From positions 186,001 to 250,000 of the forward strand of contig CM007992.1 in NCBI GenBank assembly GCA_002189035.1: a DNA stretch of 64,000 nucleotides, in the 5' to 3' direction. Below, in pieces: positions 49,747 to 64,000 of this stretch. Position 1 is the stretch's first letter; every line of letters begins with the position of its first letter. Both the position numbers and the translations under genes were made by a program. Source of the stretch: Utricularia gibba. Taxonomy: Eukaryota > Plantae > Magnoliophyta. The notes under the pieces were generated by a model. The model was not told the origin of the DNA. It did not search any database and saw only the letters and a list, made by a program, of their open reading frames with translations.

Positions 49747-50363
49747 GGTGGGTTTTTAGGAAGCAACCCAAAGAAGAAAATCTTGGAAAGTTTCCGATAA
49801 CATCTTCTGTGACTTTGGATTTGCTCAGAACAGGGAGGGATGTTCTTAGTTCGGAAGTCGGATGGATATATGAAACACCATGGATGGTTCTAGAAGTGAG
49901 CCCAAGAAGAGGAGTTCTGTGGGCGGCCCATCAACAGCATGTCCGCATTCCAACTCTCCCCTCTTCTGTAAGTCGTATGAAGACCTGAAGTGAAGCAGGA
50001 ATAACTTCAGACTTTCAAACCGTCATCAAGCCAATCAGAACCAGGGCTGGTATTTAAGGCCATGGCCGAGGAAACTTGGGTCTTCAGCATGGTCTATGTT
50101 TGCATGATGATGTACTAAGTGTATCGTGGTAGAGTCCAGATGGCCTTCTAAATCTACGCTTGGAAGGCCATCACAGACTCCACAAGCCTTGACCACGAGG
50201 CAGAACCTGCCAATGCAGAAGCCACTAACAGGATCCAGTCATTGGAATGCACAGGCATATTAGTCATAGAGATAATGAGAGGGTCCCTGGTTTTGAAATC
50301 GCTTTCAAGTTATGCAGCAGCATCACACGAATCTGGATGAATTCGACTTAAACAGGGGGAAAT

Positions 50364-51035
50364 TTAAGCAGCATATTTAGGAGCTTCCCTGTGTTTGAGT
50401 ATCTTGTTCTCCAGCTCCTCTTTCGCCCCACCAACAATCCTATCCACTTCCTTTCCTTGCTTTAGAAACAAGAAGGTCGGCATTGCCTGCACCCCGAACT
50501 CCCTTGCAACATCCTGCATCACCCGAGGAATATCGAAAGGACAAACATGCACACACGACAGGTCAGTAAAGCTTGGAAAGTGGAATGAAATGACATGATC
50601 GGGACGAAAACAAAGAATAGACATACGGATAGCTCATCGACATCGATTTTGACAAAGTCTACATCGCTATATCTAGCGGACAAGCTGTTGAAAATTGGCT
50701 CCATGAACCGGCAAGGTCCGCACCAAGTCGCCGAAAAGTCTACCACCATCTGATCACGCAATTACGAAATCACACCCATACAATTCAATAAAATCAAGAC
50801 AAAACTACGGCCAGCAAACCAAATAAAGCAGATCGGGCAAGATCTGAACTGCGAAAGAAGTATCAAGTGCGATGCGAACCAGCTTATTCAATTGCTTGGA
50901 GGAATTGAAATGCATCTGCCAACGCTGCGATGAGTGGAAGGCAGAGACGCGAGATGGACCAGATGACTCGGTCCCCTCCTCCGCTGCCGCCGCCGCTTCC
51001 CCTCCTCCGAACACAGAGGACAAAACGGAACCCAT
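50364..51035 (-). CDS. Thioredoxin h (h2-like, subgroup II), 3 exons
   Basis: MGSVLSS (Gly2, possible myristoylation), [46 protein letters not shown]. Confidence 0.93.
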
Positions 51036-51229
51036 GGTTATCAGAGAATTATCTTTGACCAAAAGTCAGACTGCTTGTAGCATTTTTCTCCACTCACAAT
51101 TCACAGGCCACAAATATCAGATAAATAATACATTTAATTTACCCCAATTTAATTACAGAAATTGCATAGAAACCTTACAAAACGCTAGCCCAAAGCCCAT
51201 CAAACAGATTCGGATCTGGGCCAGACTCC

Positions 51230-51397
51230 GGAGTTCGAATGGGGGTACATTTACAAATAGAATTTTGTTTTTTTTTGTGTGTGTGTTTTTTTTTTTATTT
51301 TTAAGCAATTTTGTGTATAATTTTTATTTTTAAAACTTAAAATTATATTCAATGAGGATGAACGTGCTGTTCAGTAGGAGTTCGAATGGGGGTACAT
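51230..51397. repeat. Perfect 21-bp direct repeat flanking a 126-bp T-rich insert
   Basis: ggagttcgaatgggggtacat at 51230-51250 and 51377-51397. Confidence 0.9.
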
Positions 51398-52599
51398 CTA
51401 ACACCAGTTCATTCCAACCCTACAGACGAAGATAGAAGATTCTTGTTCACCTGCATACGAGATGTGGATGTGAGAATGTAAGCAGTCGTTTTACTGGGTG
51501 AATCTAGCTCACTAGAATAACCCGGGATCTTGAACTGTCTTCACTTTTTGGCAAGGACCTATCAGAGGTTAGTTCCCGGACTTGGAGGTTATCTGAATTA
51601 GAAGTGGAGTGGAGGTTGAGGGGTTGCTTTCCTTCCTCCTTTCATGGGTCGTATACTGAAACGAAAGGGAACCAACCGTGCTCATCCATGTCTATCCACA
51701 ACTACTAATAATGTCAGTTGGTCAAGAATCCTTAACGATGACAGCGCTGAAATGATGAGCCTTTCTTATTGTGTGCATATATCAATGGCTTAAACTCTAC
51801 GTTTGATTTTGAGATCACAATTCGACATTATGGGAGATGGCTATAACTGACATTCTGAGGGAATTCTCCCCATGCATTCATGGAATTCATTACATAAATG
51901 ATACATTGGGCACCGTCGGCGTCCTATTCGCTGCTGTCAATTGCATCGGTTTTATTAGACGCAACACTCGAACAACTTTACTGAGGGCGACTCGACCACC
52001 ATAGATGTGAGCTCCCTTTGCTCTTCATCGATAGTTCCATTATCCTGTTAAATTAGCTCGCCGGCCACCTTCATAGCCAGATGGGAATGAGAGAGAAAGC
52101 GAGGAACTTTTACTGCTGTCATGACTGTTGCATGAAGATTGGAAGGTAGGGGCCTTCGGGTTCTATTTTGCTTCAGTTCCAACATTTTGTTACCATCTGC
52201 ATTTATTTCGTCTGAGCGAAATGTTCCTTATATTTTGCGTTTGTATCAATGTAGCGAATACAAGGCTGTGGGTTCTTTCTGGGGTTTGTCGAAGTTTGGA
52301 TCTTTGAGTTGGGAGGGTTTCTTTGAGGTACAAGATCTCAGATCTGAGCCGCTTCGTAATGAATCCTTCGTAGTTTTCATGTATTTCGACTTCCACGGTC
52401 ACTTTTCTGCTATGTGGTTTTGGGGTTCCAGTATTCTATTCGTTCTTGCGTTCGTTTGTGATTTTTCAGTATCAAGATTGTTTTGCGGTTTTGCTCCTCT
52501 TTTATCTTCAGAGGTCTGGGTTCAGTTGTTAACGCCTTCTCATTTCTCTGTGAACTGTGAAGGTGAAGCGAACTGCTTAGTTTCTAATAGTGTCGTACT

Positions 52600-54592
52600 A
52601 TGGGGAAGTCTCCGGGAAAGTGGATCAAGGCAGTTCTTTTTGGAAAGAAGCAGTCAAAATCAAGATCATCCAAGGTAAGAAAGTTACTTGTGAATCACTT
52701 CTTTAGATGGGGTTGATGCACTTCCTGCTGCGAAAAAAAAATTGCTATGTTGGTACTTGTAGCCCTCGTGGTTGTGAACTGATTTTCATCTGTGAAGTCA
52801 TTTATTCGGTTTCTTGATCCATGGAGAATCGAAGATGTTCCTCCTCTGAAATAAAGAACTGAGTTTTATGTGTCAAAGTCCAGATTTTTTTAATGGAGAG
52901 CTTGTAGTTAAACTGCTAGTCACTGTGATTTGCAGAATGCTACCACCCCTGATAAAAAGGTCTCCCTAGCAACAACGGCAGAGGATCATGTCCTTGACAA
53001 ATCCCCTACAAATCATGTATCTGAAAATGGAGCATCTTATGCGAGACTGGAGAACGGCACAGCCCCTGCTCCCAGTACTCCCTCATCCGGTGGTAATCAG
53101 CTTCATGAATCTCAAGTGGTTGCTGTACCTCTGAACGATGCTGAGATGCTCATACAAAACCAATCTGCTACAAAAGCACAAGCTGCCTTCAAGGGGTATT
53201 TGGTAATGCTATCTCACGTTGCTCTCTCTGTAAAACCTTCCATCGGCAAGTCCTCTTGTCTTCTGTTTGTTTATATACCTCTCGAAAATGATCACTTTGC
53301 CAGGCTCGTCGTGCTTTTCGGGCTCTCAAGGGTATAATCAGGCTCCAAGCTCTTATCCGTGGACATCTGGTTAGGAGACAGGCTATTGCTACTTTCTATT
53401 CTATGCAGGCAATCCTTAAGCTACAGGCTGCTGTTCGTGGATGGAACGCTGGTGCTTCAGACAAATACAATGCAGGGGATCTTCAGGTACTTGCATCTTG
53501 TTAATCATCTACTCATTGCTCTGCATCGTCCATGCTCATCTTCTTTGTGCTTCATTGTTGGTACAGGCGACGAGTTACGGGAACGCCGCAACAAACTCGT
53601 ATATCCGTAAGGTTTGATTCCTTTTCCCGATCGGATCTCCTGTTTGAACGAGGGTCTGATCACCCGGCTGCTTGTTGTTCTAGCTTTTGCGTTCAGTGCC
53701 AACTGCTACCCCTTTGGCACTTCAATACGAAGAGACGGAGCCGAATTCAGCTTCAGTCTGGCTTGAGCGCTGGTCGCGTTCTCGTTTCTGGGTTCCTGTG
53801 CTCCCAAGAAAGGAAACTGCTGGCAACCACTCTGTGAAGTCGAGAAGAACATCTAGAAGGGCTGACAATGCACAAAATGGCGATAATGGCGATTCCGCTT
53901 CGAACGGAATTGATGCAAAGAGGAATATGAGGAAAAGCAGTAGTCGTCCGGCGGATTGGGTTCAGAAACAGCCTCAGAGTAAGCCCAAGATAAAACGCAA
54001 CTTGAGAAAAGTTTCTGCATCTGTTGCCGCAGCTTCTGAGAAGGGGGAAACGATCATCGAGCAGCCGGAGTCACAGTCACCTGAGGAATCTATGAATCCA
54101 GTCATTGGTCACGAAGCTGCTCCACGTGACGAGGCTTTTGAAGTCTCAGAGAATGGCCTTTCCAGAGTTGGTGCTGATCCCTTAGAAAACGGTACGGAAT
54201 CGAAGCATGAACAGATGGAGGAGATAAGCGCAAAGCCGGAGTTCAACGAAAGTCCGTCTCAGAATACCACTCCAAGCTTGCCGAGTTACATGGCCGCCAC
54301 GCAGTCCGCCAAAGCAAGGCTCAGAGCTTCAGGGTCTCCGAAGGTCGCTGAAGGAGGCAGCCACATTCGCCGCCATTCCTTACCAACATCTGCAAATGGC
54401 AAATCGGCCTCGGTATCGCCTGCACCGCAGCCTCCGAATACCACGCCAGCTCTCAAAACTAACAAACAGATCAAGCGTATCCAGTAGGGATGGTGAGAAC
54501 GCACAATCTCTTTCGCCATTACTTTCTTTATCTGCGTCAAGTTAGCAACTTTTGTTGATCGGAATTTGCTCCGACCAGGGTGGAAGAGATGA
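52600..54592 (+). CDS. IQD: IQ67-domain protein (IQD28-31-like) with DUF4005; probable frameshift near 54410-54460
   Basis: [17 protein letters not shown]; [12 protein letters not shown]|[27 protein letters not shown]; WLERWS; [18 protein letters not shown]; RRHSLP. The family-like tail SSRD|...PGWKR* (TGA 54590-54592) is in a different frame from the ORF ending at 54487. Confidence 0.9.
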
Positions 54593-54924
54593 CAAAATCC
54601 CAGCAAAGACGACGGCACCAGCAGTACCCGGTCCTCTTCTTTCGAAACAATCAGAGCAACTCAATAGTTCAGAGCTTTCTACTGTGCGCTTTACTGGACT
54701 CGGGAGGGTGTTAACCAGGCCCAGTTCGTAGAAGCCCATAGCCCATTTATTTAAGGATTGTTTCGGCCCAATACGAAATTCAAATTTCAAAATGTTTGTC
54801 TTCATCCACGAACCGCATTTAACCCGGCGCAACGGTCACTACGGCAGACGCTTTTGAAGTTTCTTTTTTTTTTTATTAATTTTTTTTAAATCCGCAAATT
54901 AACGGGAACCAGTGTCGTCTACCG

Positions 54925-56826
<1,902 letters not shown>

Positions 56827-57293
56827 ACCTCCTCAGACATCTATTTATTACTCCTTTGGTGTCAATGTTGCTACTTCTAGTTCGGGATGATATATCAAGA
56901 GTCCTACTTGCTACTGTTTCCCAAGTGGGGTACTCTTCGTATTAGAATGATATGAAATGCTATATTTTTTATTTAGGGTAATTAGTAATCATGATTAGTC
57001 TATTAATTGTGTTTATTATGATTATTAACGTCTTTAATTCAAAATAATCTTAATTCTTTTTAAAATATATATTATTATTTTAAAAAAATTATAAATGTAT
57101 TGTATTTCTCAAAATATAGATAATTCAAGATGTTTTTATCATTATTAAAATTATTGTGACATGATTATTCCATAATTTAATTATTTATATTTTTGATATC
57201 AGGATTATCACGTAATAAGCCACGAACTTTCGCCACGTGATCTCGTACTTGAACACATAAAGGTGGTTACAGTCGCACCAGACAAATGCTTGA

Positions 57294-57824
57294 CTATTTC
57301 TTCATCTTCCCGAATTTTCTCCGCCCCGGCACCTCCATTCTTCCGATGGAGCACCCACAACTCGCTCTGTAGATCAAAACGGCTTTCCCGTTAGGCGGTG
57401 CCATTTTCTTCAGCTCCGCCTCTAGTTCCCGGTGACGCCCACGCCGCAGTTCAAGTAAACCCATGGGGTTTAACTCCGGATGACTCTGTTTCGTAGCTTC
57501 AGAGTCCTCTGTTTCCAGCAGAATATCAAATTCGGTGGCGTCTTTCAGCCCACGGCACCCCTTTCTCCCACACTTTCTATCTGTGCAGAGAAGCACAACA
57601 ACAGTTGCAGTTACTGTGAGCAATAAGCTGAGCCCCAAACATGCAACTACTGTGGGAGCATCCGTGATTTCCTCCGACAGAGCATCCGTCGCTTCTGCCA
57701 CGAATTCGATTCCTTTGTGGGCAACGATTAGGAAATAGGGAAATAGCAAGAAACCAGATGCTCCAATCACAGCAATCAAGAGTATAACATCAATGATCGC
57801 GGTTCTTGATTTCTCGCAAGTCAT
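57294..57824 (-). CDS. Uncharacterised plant membrane protein, At5g19025-like (annotated as L34e-superfamily)
   Basis: Two hydrophobic segments, RKCGRKGCRGLKDATEFDILLETE, HRELEAELKKMAPPNGKAVLIYRASCGCS. Confidence 0.85.
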   Translation of the reverse strand: MTCEKSRTAIIDVILLIAVIGASGFLLFPYFLIVAHKGIEFVAEATDALSEEITDAPTVVACLGLSLLLTVTATVVVLLCTDRKCGRKGCRGLKDATEFDILLETEDSEATKQSHPELNPMGLLELRRGRHRELEAELKKMAPPNGKAVLIYRASCGCSIGRMEVPGRRKFGKMKK

Positions 57825-58615
57825 CAGGAAGCAACCAGAGATTGACGATTCATATGCCTGGGTTTCAAACTCCGATCAAACTTGAATTCTTGGATTTGGG
57901 CATCTGTAAAAGACTATACGAAGTGAAACCACACAACCTGAAATCGAACCCAGAATCCGAACAACAACTCCAGATCAAACCCACGTCAGAATCACGGGGA
58001 AAAAGACACCAATCCAACGTTTTGTCCCTGTATCAAAACACAGAAAACATTTGGGACCAAGAACTCAAACTTTAAAACTGAAATCAATCGAAAACCCTCG
58101 TTGATTCCAGCGATAAACAAAGCGAATCCCTTGGTTGCTCTGAGGAGGACTCTTTTGCTTGCAAAATGATGGTTGAATTATTTTCCATAGCCATTTACTG
58201 ATTGCGGCCTGTAATCTAAAGCCGACTTTGCCCCTACGCATTAATTAAGACACGCCTCCGACCCTCTGGATCTAAAGGTAATTTACTGCATTTGTCTTCT
58301 TCTTCTTCTTTTTAAAAATTTTTAAAATTAATTCATATTTTCATTTTATTATATTAATAATATATATTTTATCGTTTTTAAATATCAAAACATTTTAATT
58401 CGAAATATTAATTTCTATCCCGTAATTTACACAAACAGATGCAATGCAGTTATACCTACATTTATATGCAGTTCTTACAAAATTAGTTCAGGGTGTCCGA
58501 ACAGGTCCACCCTCAGACTGGAGATCACGAGGAATCTGCAATGATGAGAAGATGATGAAATTAAGAGAGCGAACAAAGACAAAGTTTCATATGTACTAAA
58601 TGATTAGCAGTTAGT

Positions 58616-60936
58616 TTACCTTTGTAAAAACGGGATCTTTGATGATCGTTGTTGCCTCTTGAAGTCTGTTCTCGAGATGGATAGATCAGTGGCCCTGAGA
58701 ATGTCACTCTGCCCTTCTTCTTCCTCGCGCCCTTCTCCTGTTAAGATGACAGCCATGTTAGGATAAGAGGGTTGTGCATTTTTTTCAGATTCTTGGCTTA
58801 CAATGTATGGCTCCTGGGGTCGATATGCATCTGTTTCGTGAGGCTGCTCTTGCTCCTGTTCCCAGCATAACATGCGTTTAACTACCTCGTTTTCACGGGC
58901 CATTTGGGATGCATCAGAAGTTTCCTTTGTGCGGGGGAGGATGATGGGATGTGGGATATCAGATGATGGATTGGTGCTGCCGTCTTTTCGTCTCCCAACG
59001 GTGTCGTTTTTCCTTTGCTGCTGTTTGTTGAACAGGAGATGATGATCATTAGGTGCAGTGACAGCCTGAGTGCTGCTTCCGAAAGGCTGAAGAGATTCAT
59101 CTGTCGATTGGGAAGAAGTTTCACAGGTAGTTTGATGGTTTTTGATCGGATCATCGTCGCTCCTTCGTGTGTCTTCACAATTCTGTGGGGTTGAGAACAG
59201 GATGATCAATGCTGGCCAAGCTACATGCTTTGTGTGCATAGAAAAAACAGAAGAAAGCAGTGGCTACTACATTGAATTCCTTTGCTCCCAGTAAAGCACT
59301 ATGGGATGCCCTTGGGACTTGAGAACCTGCTTGTCTGTTTGCATCAGCCTGCCTCCTGATAAGAAGAGGAAACAATGGCAGTCAGTTGCCTTAAATCTGA
59401 TGTCAACGTGGGAAAAAGATGAAGATAATGAACCTCCTTTCTTCACGGATCCTGACATTCATCTCCTTGTTTGGTGGATACTTGGGCAAGCTTGAAGGTT
59501 CAAAAGCATACGGTTTTTTCTTGAAATACTGAAACCAAGATAGCTGTTAAAACGAAGCTGAAACGAGGGGAAGATGAATCAGTGTTCACCTTGGAGCAGA
59601 GGGCTGAAGATGCAGTTCCACGCCTGTGAGGTTCAATGGAAAGGAATTTCTCAATAAGGGTAGCTGCAGTTAAGGGGAGATCTTTGCATCTCTCTCTGAT
59701 TGTACTTTCGTATACTTGCTGGGGCTTGAACATATTCGAAAGCGGGAGTCTGGATTTCGACCAGTAATCCTCCGGCGGAGAGCCGCAGAGTCGGAAGATC
59801 TTATGCAGCTGCTCCACCTGCGGACAGAAGTTATCAGCTTCTATTTGAAGGAGAAAAGCTTCGAGTTCCATCAACAGACCTCGTTTCTTCCCTTGAGCAG
59901 TGGCCTTCCAAGAAAGAGTTCAGCAAAAACACAACCAACACTCCACAAATCGACACTCTCCCCATAACTCGTCGACCCAGAAGAAGCTCCGGTGGCCGGT
60001 ACCACAGAGTCACTACACGGCTTGTCAGAGGCTCCCCCTTCTCCGGCATCATGAAGTTCGCAAGGCCAAAGTCTGCAATCTTCACTATCCCCTCGTTGTT
60101 CAACAAGATATTCGATGTTTTGATGTCCCTGTGGAGTATCCCTTTTGAGTGGAAATGCTCTACTCCACTCAGAAGCTGCATCATGTAGCATTTGATCTGC
60201 TTCCAACAACGCAGAAATTAGTCTAAAAATGAAACCTTTCTGGTTAACTTATCTGAGATATGCAACCTGAGGCTCTGTGAATTTGATGTCTGGAGAAGAC
60301 AGAAGCCCTGCAAGATCATGCTCCATGTACTCGAACACGAGGTATATGTGACATGATAGCCTCGAAGTGATGATCCCTTCGAGCTTTATAACATTAGGGT
60401 GATCGAGTTTTCGTAGAATCAGAATCTCACGAGCCATGAACCTGACGCTCTCTGGTTGAAGATTGTCGAATTTTACTTTCTTCACAGCAATGATTCTTCC
60501 TGTTTGGATCTCCCTTGCTCGGTAGACATCGCTGTATGTGCCTTGGCCAATCTGAACATCCAGCAACGTAATACAGATTAAAGGTGCAACCTTTTATAAT
60601 CAATTGTCCATTGAGCATTACCTTTTCTAGTCTTTCGAACGAATCCGATCTCATCGGCAACCATCCCTCGATCGCCTCACCGGCGACGGCAGAAAGCCAC
60701 GATGGCCATCCGGCAGCGATCTGCTCGGCGTGTGCCAACCCACGGAAGTTGAAGCTGGGGGAAGGTCTTCTCTGAAATCCATTCCTCAAGTTACCTGAAT
60801 AATTGACAAAACCGCTTCTTGGTCCTCGGCGCACCACGACATCCTCCTCCTCATGCGCCTCTACATGATTCAACGATCGTGAAGTGGTGGCAGGCAAATG
60901 AGGGTCCGACGAGTTCTTGGAGCTGATGCAACCCAT
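58616..60936 (-). CDS. CDK-like Ser/Thr kinase (At1g09600/At1g54610-type); one frameshift near 59977
   Basis: MGCISSK acylation motif; [18 protein letters not shown]; [12 protein letters not shown]; [10 protein letters not shown]; [10 protein letters not shown]; IADFGLA; [17 protein letters not shown]-(G)[15 protein letters not shown]; [10 protein letters not shown]. Confidence 0.92.
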
Positions 60937-61736
60937 GTTGAAAAAACCCTTTAAAATGCAATGGGGTACCCCGAAAGTTTCAGAATCCGGCTGACTCCGA
61001 CGGGAGAGCTAGCCGGATTCCGGAGGAATGAAAATTGGATAAAAGGGCTTGTTTAATTCCCTGTTTCAGATTACAAACATTCGCAGGTTGACAAAACAGA
61101 TGGTAGAACAGGGATATGAAAAACGAATATTGTAGCAAATTCTAAAATAGCTGATCTTCCTATTTTATCTCGATAGGAAAGATCAAATCTAGAAAAAAAG
61201 ATAACTTTTCTATTTTTTTGTTATCCCTCATATCAAAAAATTAGTTTAACACAAGATACGCGGCCAATCGTGATTACTGGGGATGTCACCGTTGAAATTT
61301 GATTGCTTTTTATAGCTTGTTCCCTGGCACCATTTGCCATTCACATACACTTAAAAACCAACACAAATAACCTTTTTGTGTCTTTTGACTTACAAGAATC
61401 AATGGGAATACGTTTTGCAGCCTACGATCCAAGATCCTCTTTTGAGTCATCATGGCGGCTATGAGTCTTGATGGAGGCCCCTGCTTCGAGTATTCAGATA
61501 TCGTTCCTGCTACAAGGGATCTCTTGTATGACTTACAGATTTAGATCAAGAAATTCCTTAAGATGTCACCGCTGAAACCTTAAACACTACACATGGATCA
61601 TCAACGAGCTACACCAGTCAACCAAACAGATTCAGAAGCTAAGCAGAAATGTTACACCATCATGAGAAAGCAAGAAAAGGCAAAAAATCAGAGCGATGAG
61701 TTAAGATGGTTGCAAATGTTTCCTTAACCGTAAGCT

Positions 61737-62929
61737 TCACTTTGCAAGGCTCAAATCCTTTTCTTCTCCGTTTCCATTGTGGGAAGCTTCCTCCTCCTCT
61801 TCCTCGTCATCATCACCATCATCATCATCAACTACCATGCGGTAAACCTTGGTTTTATTTTCAAAGCTCACATTTTTCCCCGATGCAGGCTTAGCCGCAC
61901 CTTGTTTTTCCGACAAAACCTTGATACAGCTTCGGGGGAATGAGATATCCTGCTTCTTGATGACATACTGAATGGGGATATCAGTTTCTTCCGTTTGTTC
62001 ATCAGCTGGTTTAACGTCTCGTGTGCCGGAAGTTCTAAGTTTCTCCAAGTTCACTCTCTTTACTGCCCTGAACTTCGCATTCCCTGCAGCTCGAGACTTC
62101 ACTTGGGCAGACTGCAGTATATCCTCAACAGAAACGCTCTCAAGAAAGTTGAGAAACTCCATCAATTCTATGCTTAGCGCGATTTTTCCGTTTCTGATCA
62201 ATGGATCTTGCCCCTAGAAGAAATAACCAGAGGCGCAATTGAGGGAAAAAGAAAAAAAAACAAACGCAACGGAGCAATAGAATAATAGGGATGGACATTG
62301 AGAATTTCTCTTGAATTGTACCTGAATTGTGTCGAGTCTGCGCTGTAAGTTCGAGGCTTTATGATAAAATGGATTAAAATCGAATTGGGTTTTACCAGAA
62401 AGTGAGGATTTGAGGGTTCCGAGACTTGATTTTATGGAGGCGAGTTGCTTGAGCTGGCCTAGGGTTCTAGATCGGCGCAGAAGGAAAGTTCTGAAATGGG
62501 CTTGAATCGTTCGTGCCGCGGCGTCGCGGAGAGAATGCGCTCGTGGGGCAGCGGTGGTGGTACGACGGCCGATTTCCGTCTCCAGAGCAGCGATGCGGCG
62601 GAGGAGAGCGGAAACAGTGGGCTGGGTCTGTGTTCGTTCAACGAAATAGGGAGAGTGAAGATAGTCATAGGGACGTGTAATTCCGGGAGACGAGAATCAA
62701 GGTGGGGAGGGTACGGCGACGGGGGAGGGTGCTGGTGGTGGACGTTGGAAGCCAGATGCGCCGGAAGAGCGTGGTGCTGTTGTAGATCAGGACTCAGATG
62801 CGGCGCAAGTTGGCAACCGTTGAACGAAGTGTAGGCGGATGAGCAGCAACAAGAACCGTAACACAACCCATGACCGGCGGCGGCGGCGGTGTGGTGGTGG
62901 TGGCAGGGCCTGTAGTGATGAGCCGCCAT
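61737..62929 (-). CDS. BAG family co-chaperone, BAG8-like with IQ motif, 2 exons; one frameshift near 62670-62690
   Basis: His/Cys-rich N-terminus. The shifted frame gives TVSALLRRIAALE...SLRDAAARTIQAHFRTFLLRRSRTLGQLKQLASIKS...LDTIQ|GQDPLIRNGKIALSIELMEFLNFLE. Confidence 0.82.
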
Positions 62930-63439
62930 TCGCTCTTCCTTCCCACAATCTGCACTACAAATCCTCCCCTAGTACGTTGCAATTTCCTTCTATTTTAATT
63001 TGCGTCTATGCTCGCAAACATGTTTTTTTTACAGGTTAAGGCTTAGATAATTGATTTTAATAAAATAAAATAATTATTTTAATTTTATTATAAAATTTAT
63101 TCAACTTTAATACAAAAAATTATTGATTCGAATTGAAATTACGGTTTTAAAATAAAATAAACGTAAATTATATTATAAAACATTAAAATTAGTTAATTAT
63201 AAATAATATATATTTAATTATTTAAATTTTAAATTTTAAAATTGATTGTTCAAATAAAAAGTAATCCGAATAACGTTGGTGACTGAAGCAAACAACTTCC
63301 GTCGATGGTGTTGGTGGGGAGTGAAACAAAAGCAATGCTACCGTGGGCACTGAACTCCAATGAAGGGTGAGAGAGTTATTGTGAGACAGCGGAGGACAGA
63401 TTCCGGCAGTCGTGGTCGAGTGATGATGACTCGCTAGTT

Positions 63440-64000
63440 CTATGCAACAGCAGGCATGTCCCCGAGCCAGGGATCGAGGGGCCTTCCAATGGAGTAGACG
63501 ATGAAGCCCATACCCCTGAGTTTGTTACCATCCACCACGTTCCGGCCATCGAAAATGAAGGCAGGTTTCTGCATATTGTCGTAGATCTTCTGGAAGTCGA
63601 GCTTCTTGAACTCGTCCCACTCGGTGAGGATGCAGACAGCATGAGCGCCTCTGGTGGCCTCGTACGCATCCCAAACAACATAAACCTTCTTGGCGGTGGT
63701 GGGGCTCAGAGGTTGAAGATGGACTGGATGGTCCCAGTCGAATTTGTTCATCGACAGATCTCTCTGGATCTGCTCATCGGTCACCTGCGGATCGTAAATG
63801 CTCAACAGAGCTTTGTCTCCCAGGAGTCCTTGGCAGACATCGATGGCAGGAGTTTCCCTGGTGTCGCCTGTGTCCTTCTTGAATGCGAAACCCAGGATGG
63901 CGATTCTCTTGTTGGCAACTGTGTTGAACATGGAAGACACCACTCGGTTGACGAACCGGGCCTTCTGATAATCGTTGATCTTAATGACTTGCTTCCAGTA
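63440..64000 (-). CDS. UGD: UDP-glucose 6-dehydrogenase, 3' part (runs off the window)
   Basis: YWKQVIKINDYQKARFVNRVVSSMFNTV, ILGFAFKKDTGDTRETPAIDVC, CILTEWDEFK, FIFDGRN, YSIGRPLDPWL. Confidence 0.96.
   Translation of the reverse strand, partial: YWKQVIKINDYQKARFVNRVVSSMFNTVANKRIAILGFAFKKDTGDTRETPAIDVCQGLLGDKALLSIYDPQVTDEQIQRDLSMNKFDWDHPVHLQPLSPTTAKKVYVVWDAYEATRGAHAVCILTEWDEFKKLDFQKIYDNMQKPAFIFDGRNVVDGNKLRGMGFIVYSIGRPLDPWLGDMPAVA

Larger units (their letters stand above)
47610..50030. repeat. Tandem segmental duplication (units about 47610-48900 and 48910-50030), each with one LBD gene, its promoter and an AT-rich 3' flank
   Basis: gaattcattt.ataatttatttatgattttacat.gaatcttt at about 47619 and 48912. 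About 300 bp upstream of each ATG (48597-48890 vs 49747-50025) is clearly alignable. Confidence 0.93.

Noticed and set aside
51230-51397. gttcgaat as a tRNA T-loop, or the repeat pair as a CRISPR array
   Set aside because: There is no cloverleaf or A-box, only two repeat copies, a eukaryotic context and no cas genes.
51750-51860. ATGATGA...CTGA pattern suggesting a C/D snoRNA
   Set aside because: No terminal stem and no rRNA-antisense element I could recognise; an Rfam search would be needed to rescue it.

Overview
Eukaryotic nuclear DNA from a eudicot plant with a very compact genome. I can support 26 protein-coding genes in 64 kb, most introns are about 80-120 bp, and some intergenic gaps are only 200-450 bp. 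This resembles miniaturised Lamiales genomes such as Lentibulariaceae, but that is inference only. Genes in order: PCS1-like aspartic protease, tRNA t6A dehydratase, KANADI-type GARP TF, small CKKHP-motif protein, COX11, RPL39 (missed by the ORF track), triple ubiquitin-like protein, PSY, AN9/TT19-like phi GST, RabF2, PAO4-like polyamine oxidase with an upstream ORF, CTNNBL1, LSM8, YSL, PLS-E PPR, ARF8 with a miR167 site, DUF716, two tandem LBD genes, thioredoxin h, IQD, alpha-tubulin, At5g19025-like protein, CDK-like kinase, BAG8-like, and the 3' part of UGD. Twelve genes carry about 15 frameshifts. Nearly all are one base missing from a short G/C run, which is best explained as unpolished consensus error rather than biology. 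I found no tRNA, rRNA, CRISPR array or intact transposon, and no firm evidence of a new multi-gene system. The best leads are a triple-UBL protein ending in GG-S, the PAO uORF, two candidate small-RNA hairpins, a fast-diverging LBD tandem pair, an alpha-tubulin with a Tyr-Asn tail, and a 126-bp insert flanked by a 21-bp direct repeat. All exon structures were derived by hand translation; family assignments come from recalled motifs, not from database searches.
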